64,000 nucleotides of DNA. Source: Dehalococcoidia bacterium. Lineage in GTDB: Bacteria; Chloroflexota; Dehalococcoidia; Lucifugimonadales; GCA-002694895. The translations under genes and the position numbers were made by a program. The first letter of the stretch is position 1, and each line of letters opens with the position of its first letter. The stretch covers positions 20,423 to 84,422 of the forward strand of contig JAPYRX010000004.1 in assembly GCA_029936815.1 (NCBI GenBank), written 5' to 3'. The notes under the pieces are model-generated. The model saw nothing but the letters and a program-made list of their open reading frames with translations, made no database searches and had not been told where the DNA came from. This document shows positions 9,757 through 18,293 of this stretch, one piece after another.

Positions 9757-10107
9757 ATGTTGAAAATTAACAACCCTGCAGTAGAATCGATTTTGGATGT
9801 GGCTGATGCTAAACAAGCTTCAGACATAATTGTACTCGATGTTAGTAATGAATGTGATTTCACAGATCTATTTATTATTATGTCTGCAGAGACCAAAAGG
9901 CAAATAAAATCCATAGTAAACGAATTGATATCAGAACTTAAATTGGAAGGTTATGAAAAAATTCGTGTAGATGGAAATGATAATTTGGAATGGGTAGTTG
10001 TAGATTATGGAGACTTTATAGTTCATGTTTTTGATGAACAAAACAGAGAAAAATATTTATTAGAGCATGTCTGGGGAAACTCAAAACAAATTATAAGAAT
10101 TCACTAA
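9757..10107 (+). CDS. rsfS: Ribosome silencing factor RsfS
   Basis: 116 aa. [27 protein letters not shown] and [14 protein letters not shown] match the RsfS/Iojap family. Confidence 0.85.
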   Translation: MLKINNPAVESILDVADAKQASDIIVLDVSNECDFTDLFIIMSAETKRQIKSIVNELISELKLEGYEKIRVDGNDNLEWVVVDYGDFIVHVFDEQNREKYLLEHVWGNSKQIIRIH

Positions 10108-10126
10108 GTTTTTAAAGGAAAAAATT

Positions 10127-10330
10127 ATGGCTTCAGGTAAAGTAAAATGGTTCAATAGTACAAAAGGTTATGGTTTCATCGATCAGGATGATTCTGACAA
10201 AGATATCTTTGTTCATATAACTGCATTAAAAGATGCAGGTATTGATAATCTAGAAGATGGAGAATCAGTTTCTTACGACGTTGGCGAAAACAACGGTAAA
10301 GAGAATGCAATTAATATTAAGAAAGGTTAA
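10127..10330 (+). CDS. cspA: Cold-shock domain protein
   Basis: [15 protein letters not shown] (RNP1) and DIFVHITAL (RNP2) are present in a 67-aa protein. An AAGGA Shine-Dalgarno sequence lies upstream. Confidence 0.95.
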   Translation: MASGKVKWFNSTKGYGFIDQDDSDKDIFVHITALKDAGIDNLEDGESVSYDVGENNGKENAINIKKG

Positions 10331-10335
10331 TTTCT

Positions 10336-10354
10336 TAATATTAAATTAATATTA
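10336..10354. terminator. AT-only palindrome between convergent csp and ndk (possible weak bidirectional terminator)
   Basis: taatattaa-a-ttaatatta has 9-nt arms that are exact reverse complements. It contains no G/C pairs, so stability is low. Confidence 0.2.
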
Positions 10355-10392
10355 TAGTATCCAATTATCTATAATTACAGTATCCAATTATC
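10352..10392. repeat. Tandem direct duplication (23-nt period) of the ndk 3' end
   Basis: ttaYagtatccaattatc occurs at 10352..10369 and again at 10375..10392, matching 17 of 18 nt. On the minus strand both copies read GATAATTGGATACT(G/A)TAA, which is DNWIL-stop. Confidence 0.8.
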
Positions 10393-10821
10393 AATATCTT
10401 TTTCGTACGAATATAATTCGGTTTCGTTAAAAAATATTTTTAATTCTCTACTTGCAGAATCTACAGAATCAGATCCGTGTATTAAATTCATTGATAAAGA
10501 GACTCCATAGTCTCCTCTGATAGTACCAGGATCTGATTCTGAAGGATTTGTTTTACCCATTATTGATCTCATTTTCGAAACACAGTTTGGCCCTTCTATA
10601 GCTAAAGCTATTAGCGGCCCTGAAGTGATAAATGATACTAAGTCATTGAAAAATGGCTTGGAAACATGTTCTTTATAATGCTCTTTTGCTTTAGATTCAG
10701 TCAAAATCATAAATTTCATACCTATGATTTTATATCCTGTTTGTTCTATTTTATTTATTATTTGTCCTGATAAATTACGTTGAATACTATCAGGTTTTAA
10801 CAATATTAATGTTTTTTCCAA
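10375..10821 (-). CDS. ndk: Nucleoside-diphosphate kinase
   Basis: TLILLKPD, GPLIALAIEG, TIRGDYG and the active-site NLIHGSDS are all present. Confidence 0.95.
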   Translation of the reverse strand: MEKTLILLKPDSIQRNLSGQIINKIEQTGYKIIGMKFMILTESKAKEHYKEHVSKPFFNDLVSFITSGPLIALAIEGPNCVSKMRSIMGKTNPSESDPGTIRGDYGVSLSMNLIHGSDSVDSASRELKIFFNETELYSYEKDIDNWIL

Positions 10822-11531
10822 TTTTTAACTCCTTTGTTTTTAAGTTTTATTGCTGATGAAATTTGCCCTGAATTTGCATATATAGGATTAATATTTGTTG
10901 GTTTGTTAAAATTGTATTTCTCATCAAATATTTTACCTATATGCATTATAGATTCTATTTTATTTGTAGTCTTAATTATATTTTTATCTAGTTTTATATC
11001 ATTATTATTATAAATAAGATCATAGTCATAAGAAATTATCATATAATTTTGATCTATATATGAATGTATTTTATTTATTTCTACAACTTCGAACGACGAA
11101 TATTCTTTTTCAGAAATAATTTTATTTATTGTTAAATTCGAATAATCTTTCAAATAATATGTCGATTTTGAGCATTTAATAATTGATACGTATTTTTTGC
11201 TAGACTTTATTAATTCATAAGCCGCTACTAACAAAGAAGGAATTGGAATTAGTTTTATTGATTTCGTTATCGCAATACTTTTTGCCGTACTTAATCCTAT
11301 TCTAAGTGAACTAAATCCCCCTGGTCCTATAGTTGTCAAAATACAATTTATTGAATCTAAGTTCAAATTATTTTTGATTAGTAATTTATCTAAATTTAAA
11401 AGCAATGTTTTAGATTCATTTTTATTTGAAACCCATGAATGATCATCAATAATCTTGTCTTCATTACTTATAGCTAATAATGTCTCAGCAGTAGATGTAT
11501 CAATGATTAAATTATGTGTTGGATTTTTCAT
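10806..11531 (-). CDS. tsaB: tRNA t6A37 biosynthesis protein TsaB (YeaZ)
   Basis: LIIDTSTAETLLAI and TIGPGGFSSLRIGLSTAK match the TsaB family. The gene is adjacent to and overlaps tsaE. Confidence 0.75.
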   Translation of the reverse strand: MKNPTHNLIIDTSTAETLLAISNEDKIIDDHSWVSNKNESKTLLLNLDKLLIKNNLNLDSINCILTTIGPGGFSSLRIGLSTAKSIAITKSIKLIPIPSLLVAAYELIKSSKKYVSIIKCSKSTYYLKDYSNLTINKIISEKEYSSFEVVEINKIHSYIDQNYMIISYDYDLIYNNNDIKLDKNIIKTTNKIESIMHIGKIFDEKYNFNKPTNINPIYANSGQISSAIKLKNKGVKNWKKH

Positions 11532-11983
11532 AGATTATTAATTATATATGAATTATTTATGTTGTTGAATTTTATTTCTATTTCTCTCTCGATTTTATTA
11601 ATTTTATTTATTGTTATTAATATATGGTTATTACCATATAAATCCATTCCAATTTCTGGCCATTCTATAATTTTAATTGAGTCATCATCTAAATATTCTT
11701 CAATCCCTAAACTAATTAGCTCAGTAATATCATTTAATCTGTAAAAATCCATGTGTTTCACATTATGTATCAATGAATATTCATTGATTAATACAAATGT
11801 TGGACTACGCCCCCATCCTTTGTAACCTAATCCTTTTAAAATTCCTTGAGTAAAAGTTGTTTTACCAGCTCCTAATTCTCCAATTAATAAAATTAATTCT
11901 AACCCTTTTAAATTTTCGGATATAATTTGCCCAATTTTTAAAGTTTCTTTTTCGGATTTACTTTTGATTTTAAACGAATTCAT
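11528..11983 (-). CDS. tsaE: tRNA t6A37 biosynthesis ATPase TsaE
   Basis: A Walker A motif GELGAGKTTFTQG is present, plus SPTFVLINEY and HMDFYRL. Confidence 0.85.
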   Translation of the reverse strand: MNSFKIKSKSEKETLKIGQIISENLKGLELILLIGELGAGKTTFTQGILKGLGYKGWGRSPTFVLINEYSLIHNVKHMDFYRLNDITELISLGIEEYLDDDSIKIIEWPEIGMDLYGNNHILITINKINKIEREIEIKFNNINNSYIINNL

Positions 11984-12021
11984 TTATTATAATTTAAATA
12001 TTAGTATTAAAATTATATTTT

Positions 12022-12690
12022 ATGAATAATTTGTTATATATCCAAGACACCGAAGTGTTAATTTGCAATCTTGATTCGAATAATGACTCTAAACAAGATA
12101 TAGTTATTTTTCTTCATGGATTTGGTGCTAATAAAGAAGATTTAACATTTGTAAATACAATGCATCCATTTAAAAATACTATTAATATTTTCCCTCAAGG
12201 TTTTATAAAACTAAACAATCCTTATTCTAGTAATTCATATGGTTGGGGAAATTATTCTAACCAAGATAATAAAGAATATTGTGATGAAATGTCCTTAAGT
12301 GCTAAAAAAATCAAATTACTAATTGATGATTTGATATCTACAAACCAAAATCTTGAGAACAAACAAATTTCAATTGTTGGTTTTTCACAAGGCGGCATGA
12401 TTGCTCAATTACTTGCTTTCAAACATTTTTCAAATATTAACAACTTAATTTTATTATCTACAACACTACCTCCTACTACAAAAAATCATTCTCTAAATAC
12501 ATATATTAATAAAATTTTTATTGGGCACGGGATTCATGATGATATTATAAAGATCTCTTCTGCTGACGAAATTTATGAGTTATATAAAAAACATAATTAT
12601 AATATTGATTTAATTAAATATAATATTAATCATACTATTGATATTAAATTATTTGAAGATTTATCAACTTATATATTTAAAAGAGATTGA
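12022..12690 (+). CDS. Alpha/beta hydrolase, phospholipase/carboxylesterase family
   Basis: VIFLHGFGANKEDL, the nucleophile elbow GFSQGG, and a late GHGIHDD..I motif are present. It ends in TGA. Confidence 0.7.
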   Translation: MNNLLYIQDTEVLICNLDSNNDSKQDIVIFLHGFGANKEDLTFVNTMHPFKNTINIFPQGFIKLNNPYSSNSYGWGNYSNQDNKEYCDEMSLSAKKIKLLIDDLISTNQNLENKQISIVGFSQGGMIAQLLAFKHFSNINNLILLSTTLPPTTKNHSLNTYINKIFIGHGIHDDIIKISSADEIYELYKKHNYNIDLIKYNINHTIDIKLFEDLSTYIFKRD

Positions 12691-12691
12691 A

Positions 12692-13417
12692 ATGAGAAAT
12701 TATATAAAAAAATTAAATTCAGAAAATAAAATTGCCAAAGGCTGTACATTGGTTTACCCCTCTCCTGATGTAGTTGAAATGCTTGGTATGTCTGGATATG
12801 ATTACATAAGACTTGATGGTGAACACGGTGCATTTAGCCCTGAATCGATTGATGATATGGTTAGAGTTGCTGAAAGTGTCGGATTATATGTATTAGCAAG
12901 AGTTCCTAGCATTGAGCCTCATGTTATCAATAATTATTTAGATCGTGGTATAAAAGGAATCATGGGCCCTCACATTGAAAATGCAGAAAATGCACAACAA
13001 TTAGTTGATTCATGTAGATTTTATCCTAATGGCAAAAGAAGTTGGGGAGGAGGAAGAGGAAATTTTTATCATAATATTACAATTTTAGATAAAAAATTTG
13101 GAGGAAAATCTAAATTTGTTGATATAGCTTCAGATAGTATATTTATCGAAGCTCAAATCGAGACACAAGCATCTATTAATAACTTAAATGAAATATTATC
13201 TGTGGATGGGATAGATGCGTTTACATTTGGCCCTAATGATCTTGCTCAATCCATTAAATTACCAGGCCAACCCGAACATAAAGATGTACAAAAACTAATG
13301 AATCATGCAACTCAAACAATTGAAGAATCAGGGAAATTTATGTCTTCTAAATTTTTAACCTCGATAACTCTTGCTGACTTAATCATTGATGGATCAAAAA
13401 ATTATTTAAAGGAATAA
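12692..13417 (+). CDS. HpcH/HpaI-family 2-keto-3-deoxy-acid aldolase
   Basis: The family pattern includes YDYIRLDGEHGAF, ARVPS, GIKGIMGPHIENAENAQ and FGPNDLAQS. I prefer the ATG at 12692 (MRNYIKKLN...) over the track start at 12638, which would overlap the preceding gene by 53 nt. Confidence 0.8.
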   Translation: MRNYIKKLNSENKIAKGCTLVYPSPDVVEMLGMSGYDYIRLDGEHGAFSPESIDDMVRVAESVGLYVLARVPSIEPHVINNYLDRGIKGIMGPHIENAENAQQLVDSCRFYPNGKRSWGGGRGNFYHNITILDKKFGGKSKFVDIASDSIFIEAQIETQASINNLNEILSVDGIDAFTFGPNDLAQSIKLPGQPEHKDVQKLMNHATQTIEESGKFMSSKFLTSITLADLIIDGSKNYLKE

Positions 13418-13421
13418 ATTT

Positions 13422-14459
13422 ATGAAAGCTGGTATCTATAACGGATCTAACATTGAATTAAAAGAAATTGTTCAACCAAAATTAGAAAAACCTGATGATG
13501 TTTTGATTGAAGTAAAGACAACCGGAATTTGCGGAAGTGATTTGCGAATATTACATGGAATTGATGAACCTCAAGTTTTACCTATTGGACATGAATTATC
13601 AGGATTGGTTGTTGAAGTAAATGATTCTAGATTTGAAAATTTACTAGGAAAAAAAGTTGCTGTTGATACTGTTTCAGCCGGAAAAGCTTGTGGTACTTGC
13701 CGACATTGCATGAATGGGCAATACACTTACTGTATAAATAAAGATCTTGATTCGGGAGGAGCGTATGCAGAATATATAAAAAGAAGAGTAAAAGGCTGTT
13801 TTGAAATTAGAGATGATATGAATTTTGATGATGGTGCTTTAGTTGAACCATTAGCAGTTGCAGTTCATGCTTTACGTAAACTTAGCCCTTCTATAGGTGA
13901 CAATTTACTTATTTTAGGTTCAGGAACCATTGGCTTGATGTGCTTATATGTCTCTAGACAAATGAATTTTAATAAAATTTTTATTACCTCCAAATATAAA
14001 CATCAAAAAAATATGGCAAATTATTTAGGAGCAGATTATATATTGGATTATAAGGATCCGGATATTCATGACATTATATTATCAAATACTGATGGATATG
14101 GATTTGATATGTCTTTAGAAACTGTTGGATCTTATTCGTCTCAAATTCAAACATTGACTGACGCAGTTCAGATGACAAAAAATGGGGGGAAAATTGGAGT
14201 TGTTGGAGGATTTAGAGTTCCAGTTGAATTTGACTTTTTAGTACCCTATATGAAAGGTCAATCATTGATTTTTCCTATATGTTACAATCTTTCAGAAAAC
14301 AAACATGATTTTGAGGTCGCTATAAATTTATATAATAAAACTAACATAGATATCTCAAAACTTGTAACCAAAACTTTTAAATTCAATGATATAGAAAATG
14401 CTTTTAATTATGTTGTGAACGAACGAGAAGAAGCAATTAAAGTACACTTGAAAAAATAA
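13422..14459 (+). CDS. Zinc-dependent alcohol/polyol dehydrogenase (MDR family; threonine/sorbitol dehydrogenase-like)
   Basis: GICGSDL and GHELSG carry the catalytic Zn ligands. CGTCRHCMNGQYTYC is the structural Zn site. GSGTIGL is the Rossmann motif. Confidence 0.85.
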   Translation: MKAGIYNGSNIELKEIVQPKLEKPDDVLIEVKTTGICGSDLRILHGIDEPQVLPIGHELSGLVVEVNDSRFENLLGKKVAVDTVSAGKACGTCRHCMNGQYTYCINKDLDSGGAYAEYIKRRVKGCFEIRDDMNFDDGALVEPLAVAVHALRKLSPSIGDNLLILGSGTIGLMCLYVSRQMNFNKIFITSKYKHQKNMANYLGADYILDYKDPDIHDIILSNTDGYGFDMSLETVGSYSSQIQTLTDAVQMTKNGGKIGVVGGFRVPVEFDFLVPYMKGQSLIFPICYNLSENKHDFEVAINLYNKTNIDISKLVTKTFKFNDIENAFNYVVNEREEAIKVHLKK

Positions 14460-14482
14460 TGATATCTAGATAATATATTCAA

Positions 14483-15799
14483 GTGAATTTACTCAGATCC
14501 AAAAACAAGACTAAAATACCTCCTTTAATTGTAAGAAATACTCTGTTGTTTGCTATTTCGCAAGCTTTTCAAGGTATTCCAATGCAAATGGCAGTAACAA
14601 CAGGTGCGTCTATGGTTGCGTATTTAACAGGATCTAAAGCTTTAGCAGGTATCCCAGGTATGCTAATTAGTGGTAGTAGATTTATTGTTGCTTTTCCAAC
14701 AGGATTCATAACTGATAAGTATGGTCGAAAGAAAGGTATGTATATAAGCCTAACACTTGGATTGATTGCTTGTTCTATTTTATCTTTTTCTACCTCAGCA
14801 TCTTCTATACCTTTGATGTTTTTTGGATTCGTCTTACTTGGACTAGGATTTGGAGCAAATACTCAATTGAGAGTAGCTGCTGGTGATATGTATCCAGTTA
14901 AACTAAGAGCGTCAGGTATAGGAACTGTATTAACTTTTTCAGTTTTCGGAGCATTTTTATCTCCATTACTGATATCTCTTGTTAATTTAGATTGTATAAA
15001 TTTATTCGTTTTCGATATTTGTTTAACAGATCTTAACTTGGAAAAATTTGATGAATTGACTATGATTTGGGGATTCATTCCATTTTTTCTATTACCTATA
15101 TTTCTTTTTATTTTCTATATTAAGCCTGATCCCATAGATATAGCTAAAAATATAGATAAATATTGGGGCAACGAATTTAAAACAAATGAAAAACTAAAAC
15201 AATCAAGTGACACAACTTTTCAATTAAAAAAAATCATTACTGACAAAGTAAATTTAGCTGCGTTTTTTAGTTATAGTATTGCTCAAAGTATGATGGTAAT
15301 GGTTATGTTTTTAACTTCATTAATTATGGTTGATAAAGGATATGACTATTTAGCTGTATCACTTACTGTATCAATTCATGTCGTAGGTATGTTTGCTTTC
15401 TCAAGTTTGATTGGTATATTCACAGATATGCTAGGCAGAAAACGTGTTTTGATTTTTGGAATGATAACCTTAGCACTTGGATGTTTTATAACTCCATTAA
15501 CATCAAATTATTTTGTTATAACACTTGGACTGTTTCTTATTGGATTAGGATGGTCAGGAGCTAATGTGGCATCTTCATCTATTATTGCTGACAGAAATCC
15601 TGTAGAACAGAGGGGAAGAGTCACCGGATTAAATGATATGACATCAGGTGCTTTTTCCGTTATTTTCACACTGTTTGGGCCTATAATTGCTAATCTTACC
15701 AGTTTGTCTATTGTCTGTTATATTGCTACAATTATATCTTTAGTTCCAATAATTTTATTGCTTTCATTAAATGAAATTAAACCTGGACAATTCAAATAA
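14483..15799 (+). CDS. MFS transporter
   Basis: 438 aa with about 12 TM segments. MFS loop motifs are present (TDKYGRKKG; DMLGRKR). The start is GTG. Confidence 0.8.
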   Translation: MNLLRSKNKTKIPPLIVRNTLLFAISQAFQGIPMQMAVTTGASMVAYLTGSKALAGIPGMLISGSRFIVAFPTGFITDKYGRKKGMYISLTLGLIACSILSFSTSASSIPLMFFGFVLLGLGFGANTQLRVAAGDMYPVKLRASGIGTVLTFSVFGAFLSPLLISLVNLDCINLFVFDICLTDLNLEKFDELTMIWGFIPFFLLPIFLFIFYIKPDPIDIAKNIDKYWGNEFKTNEKLKQSSDTTFQLKKIITDKVNLAAFFSYSIAQSMMVMVMFLTSLIMVDKGYDYLAVSLTVSIHVVGMFAFSSLIGIFTDMLGRKRVLIFGMITLALGCFITPLTSNYFVITLGLFLIGLGWSGANVASSSIIADRNPVEQRGRVTGLNDMTSGAFSVIFTLFGPIIANLTSLSIVCYIATIISLVPIILLLSLNEIKPGQFK

Positions 15800-15810
15800 A
15801 AAGGAAAAAT

Positions 15811-16422
15811 ATGAAAGTTAATTTTTGGTTCGATCCAACCTGTCCTTGGTGTTATATTACATCTAGATGGTATACCAAAGTATCCGACGAATTAAATATA
15901 CCTACTACTTGGGAAATATTTTCTTTATCAATTAAAAATAGTTCTCAAAATCTATCTGATGAAATGAAAGCGAAACATTATCGTTCACTAAGAGTAATAA
16001 GAGTTATACAAGCTGTGAAAAACAATTTAACTAATGAACATGTATATAGTATGTATGCTTCTATTGGTAAACAATTTCATTCAGATAAACTACCGATAGA
16101 CCACAATTTAGAAACAATATTAGATAATTGTGATATAGATAAATCTTTTATGAAATATATGGACGATGATTCATTAGATAAAGAAATTAAATTGTCTACC
16201 GATAATGCCGTTAAGGTTTGTGGTAATGATGTAGGAGTGCCTATTATTCTTTTGGATAATGGAACTAAACAGAAAGCAATATTTGGCCCTGTTATAAGCG
16301 AAATTCCTAACCTTAAAGATTCTTTAGAAATGTGGGAGCATTTCAAATATATTTGTTTTAATGAAAATATATCAGAATTAAAAAGACATAGAACTATCCC
16401 TTATAATCCAGTGGAACTTTAA
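15811..16422 (+). CDS. DsbA-family thiol oxidoreductase/isomerase-like protein
   Basis: The N-terminus WFDPTCPWCYITSRW carries a CPWC motif on a DsbA-like fold. Length is 203 aa and there is no signal peptide. Confidence 0.65.
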   Translation: MKVNFWFDPTCPWCYITSRWYTKVSDELNIPTTWEIFSLSIKNSSQNLSDEMKAKHYRSLRVIRVIQAVKNNLTNEHVYSMYASIGKQFHSDKLPIDHNLETILDNCDIDKSFMKYMDDDSLDKEIKLSTDNAVKVCGNDVGVPIILLDNGTKQKAIFGPVISEIPNLKDSLEMWEHFKYICFNENISELKRHRTIPYNPVEL

Positions 16423-17057
16423 GGATTTGTCGTTGTAGGATTCATAAGGCTATTGAGTTCTTCGCCTAACCAATTTTTCAGTTCATTTATAATTTTTGTA
16501 GAAACATAAAAAACTTCTACATCTTTTGAAAATTGTAGCCCATGGTCTTCTCTCATGAGTAATATTCCATTAGATCCTGATTTTAATTCATCGTTAATTT
16601 TGCTTACCAAATGATCGTTTCGTTTTTGAATACTTGACGAATATTCTTTTCTACTTATCTCATTTGCATTTTGAGAAAGAAGGCCGATTGATGATATTCT
16701 TTGCCAATCCATAGTTTCAGCTATAAGTTCATCATCTTCAAATTCAGATATTTTAGATCCAGAATTATGTAAGATTTTAATGTAATCTATTCCTGATGGA
16801 TTTAAACTTTCTATAATATCGACGCCTTCTTGATTCTCTTTAGAGTTCATTTCATGAAAAACAATATCAATTTTTCCTAATGATAATTCTAATTTTCCTA
16901 TAGCTTCAGAGACTTCACTCCAATATTGCTTAAATAAATGTTGAGTGTCTTTTTCATATAATGATGAAGGGATAATAAATATTGGTACAAAAATAAGTTT
17001 CTTTTTGTTTTCGTATCTTTCTTTGGAAGGTTTTGTTATTTTTCCTAATTCTGGCAT
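16419..17057 (-). CDS. Hypothetical protein (no domain recognised)
   Basis: A 212-aa ORF that fills the gap exactly. It overlaps the convergent DsbA-like gene by 4 nt. I recognise no motif. Confidence 0.5.
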   Translation of the reverse strand: MPELGKITKPSKERYENKKKLIFVPIFIIPSSLYEKDTQHLFKQYWSEVSEAIGKLELSLGKIDIVFHEMNSKENQEGVDIIESLNPSGIDYIKILHNSGSKISEFEDDELIAETMDWQRISSIGLLSQNANEISRKEYSSSIQKRNDHLVSKINDELKSGSNGILLMREDHGLQFSKDVEVFYVSTKIINELKNWLGEELNSLMNPTTTNP

Positions 17058-17103
17058 AGTTTTATTTTGATTTATTACTAATATATATATATAATTTTAC
17101 ATT

Positions 17104-17217
17104 ATGGGAATTATTGATAATCCACTATTTGTAGGCTTCTTTGATTTAATACCAGTTATTATCATATTATCTGCGATAGTTTATATTGTTAGAAAAAAAT
17201 CTAAACAAAATAAATAA
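17104..17217 (+). CDS. Possible 37-aa single-pass membrane peptide
   Basis: MGIIDNPLFVGFFDLIPVIIILSAIVYIVRKKSKQNK has a hydrophobic helix followed by a basic tail. It is the only ORF in a 174-nt gap. No Shine-Dalgarno sequence is seen. Confidence 0.2.
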   Translation: MGIIDNPLFVGFFDLIPVIIILSAIVYIVRKKSKQNK

Positions 17218-17231
17218 TATAATTTATTTTG

Positions 17232-17918
17232 TTATTTTAAATATTTATGCTTGTCAAATTTTTTATTTTTCTGATCATAATTTATTAGGATAGGCTTGCC
17301 AGTTGGTATCTCAATCTTTGATATATCATCATCAGAAATATTTTCAGTTATCTTTAGCAAAGCTCTTATACTATTGCCATGTGCTGCAATAATTATATTA
17401 TTATTATTGTTTAAGTTTTTTATTAATGAATGTTCAATGAATGGTTGAATTCTAATAACGGTGTCTTCTAATGACTCAGATCTCGGTAATGAATTAATTT
17501 CAGCATATTTTTTATTGGCTTTCAATGACAAATCAAATTCATTATTAGATTCAGGAGGTCTTGTTTTATAACTTCGTCTCCATTTTTGGACTTGATCTAT
17601 ACCATGTATATTTGCTGTCTCTTCTTTATTTAGTCCTGTTAAACCACCATAATGTCTTTCATTTAGTCTAAAAGTTTTGTGAACTGGAATCCACATCAAA
17701 TCATTTTGCTCTAGGATATACCACATAGTTTTAATTGCGCGTTTCAAAACTGATGTGAAAGCAATATTGAAAACTATATTTTGGTTTTTAATTAATTCAC
17801 CTGCAGTCATTGCTTCTTTTATTCCATCTGCAGTTAAATCTATATCTTTCCATCCTGTAAATCTATTTTCAAGATTCCATTTACTTTGGCCATGTCTTAC
17901 GAGTACTATTTTTTGCAT
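17232..17918 (-). CDS. gpmA: 2,3-bisphosphoglycerate-dependent phosphoglycerate mutase
   Basis: The active site LVRHGQSKWNLENRFTGW is present, plus RLNERHYGGLTGLNK and AAHGNSIRAL. Confidence 0.9.
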   Translation of the reverse strand: MQKIVLVRHGQSKWNLENRFTGWKDIDLTADGIKEAMTAGELIKNQNIVFNIAFTSVLKRAIKTMWYILEQNDLMWIPVHKTFRLNERHYGGLTGLNKEETANIHGIDQVQKWRRSYKTRPPESNNEFDLSLKANKKYAEINSLPRSESLEDTVIRIQPFIEHSLIKNLNNNNNIIIAAHGNSIRALLKITENISDDDISKIEIPTGKPILINYDQKNKKFDKHKYLK

Positions 17919-18020
17919 AATATATTGTAATTGTTTGTATTAATTCAGATTTTAGTTTTTTATAATATTTGATGCAATAGATTTGTTAAAATTAAATATA
18001 GATTTACAAGGAAATTAATT

Positions 18021-18293
18021 ATGTCTCAAAATAATTACAATTTAAAAATATCTGATGATATGAATTTATTAGAACTTTCCACTAAACATTTAAGTGGCAA
18101 TTTGTATTTTGTTAAAACTGATAAAAACTGGGTTTCTGATAATGACTCTATTTATTTACATTCTTTAATCGGATTTTTTTCAGAAATAAATGACCTTGAT
18201 GATTCAGAGTCAAAAGATATTATGAATAAATGGGGAATTTCTTTTAGACCAAATACTTTAAATCCTGATTATAATGAGGGTGTAAATGATTAA
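18021..18293 (+). CDS. Hypothetical acidic 90-aa protein
   Basis: The ORF has an AAGGA-like Shine-Dalgarno sequence upstream. It overlaps the pepP start by 8 nt, which suggests translational coupling. No motif recognised. Confidence 0.4.
   Translation: MSQNNYNLKISDDMNLLELSTKHLSGNLYFVKTDKNWVSDNDSIYLHSLIGFFSEINDLDDSESKDIMNKWGISFRPNTLNPDYNEGVND

Noticed and set aside
10352-10392. The ndk 3'-end direct repeat as attL/attR of an integrated element.
   Set aside because: The two copies are only 23 nt apart with nothing between them. No integrase or foreign-looking gene is nearby. A local tandem duplication fits better.
12638-12691. Longer track starts for the HpcH aldolase (12638), the COG3199 protein (40551), the aminotransferase (45078) and the Trx-like gene (56916).
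   Set aside because: Each extension overlaps the preceding gene by tens of nucleotides and adds non-conserved residues. A downstream ATG, often with a Shine-Dalgarno-like purine run or exact abutment to the upstream stop, fits better.
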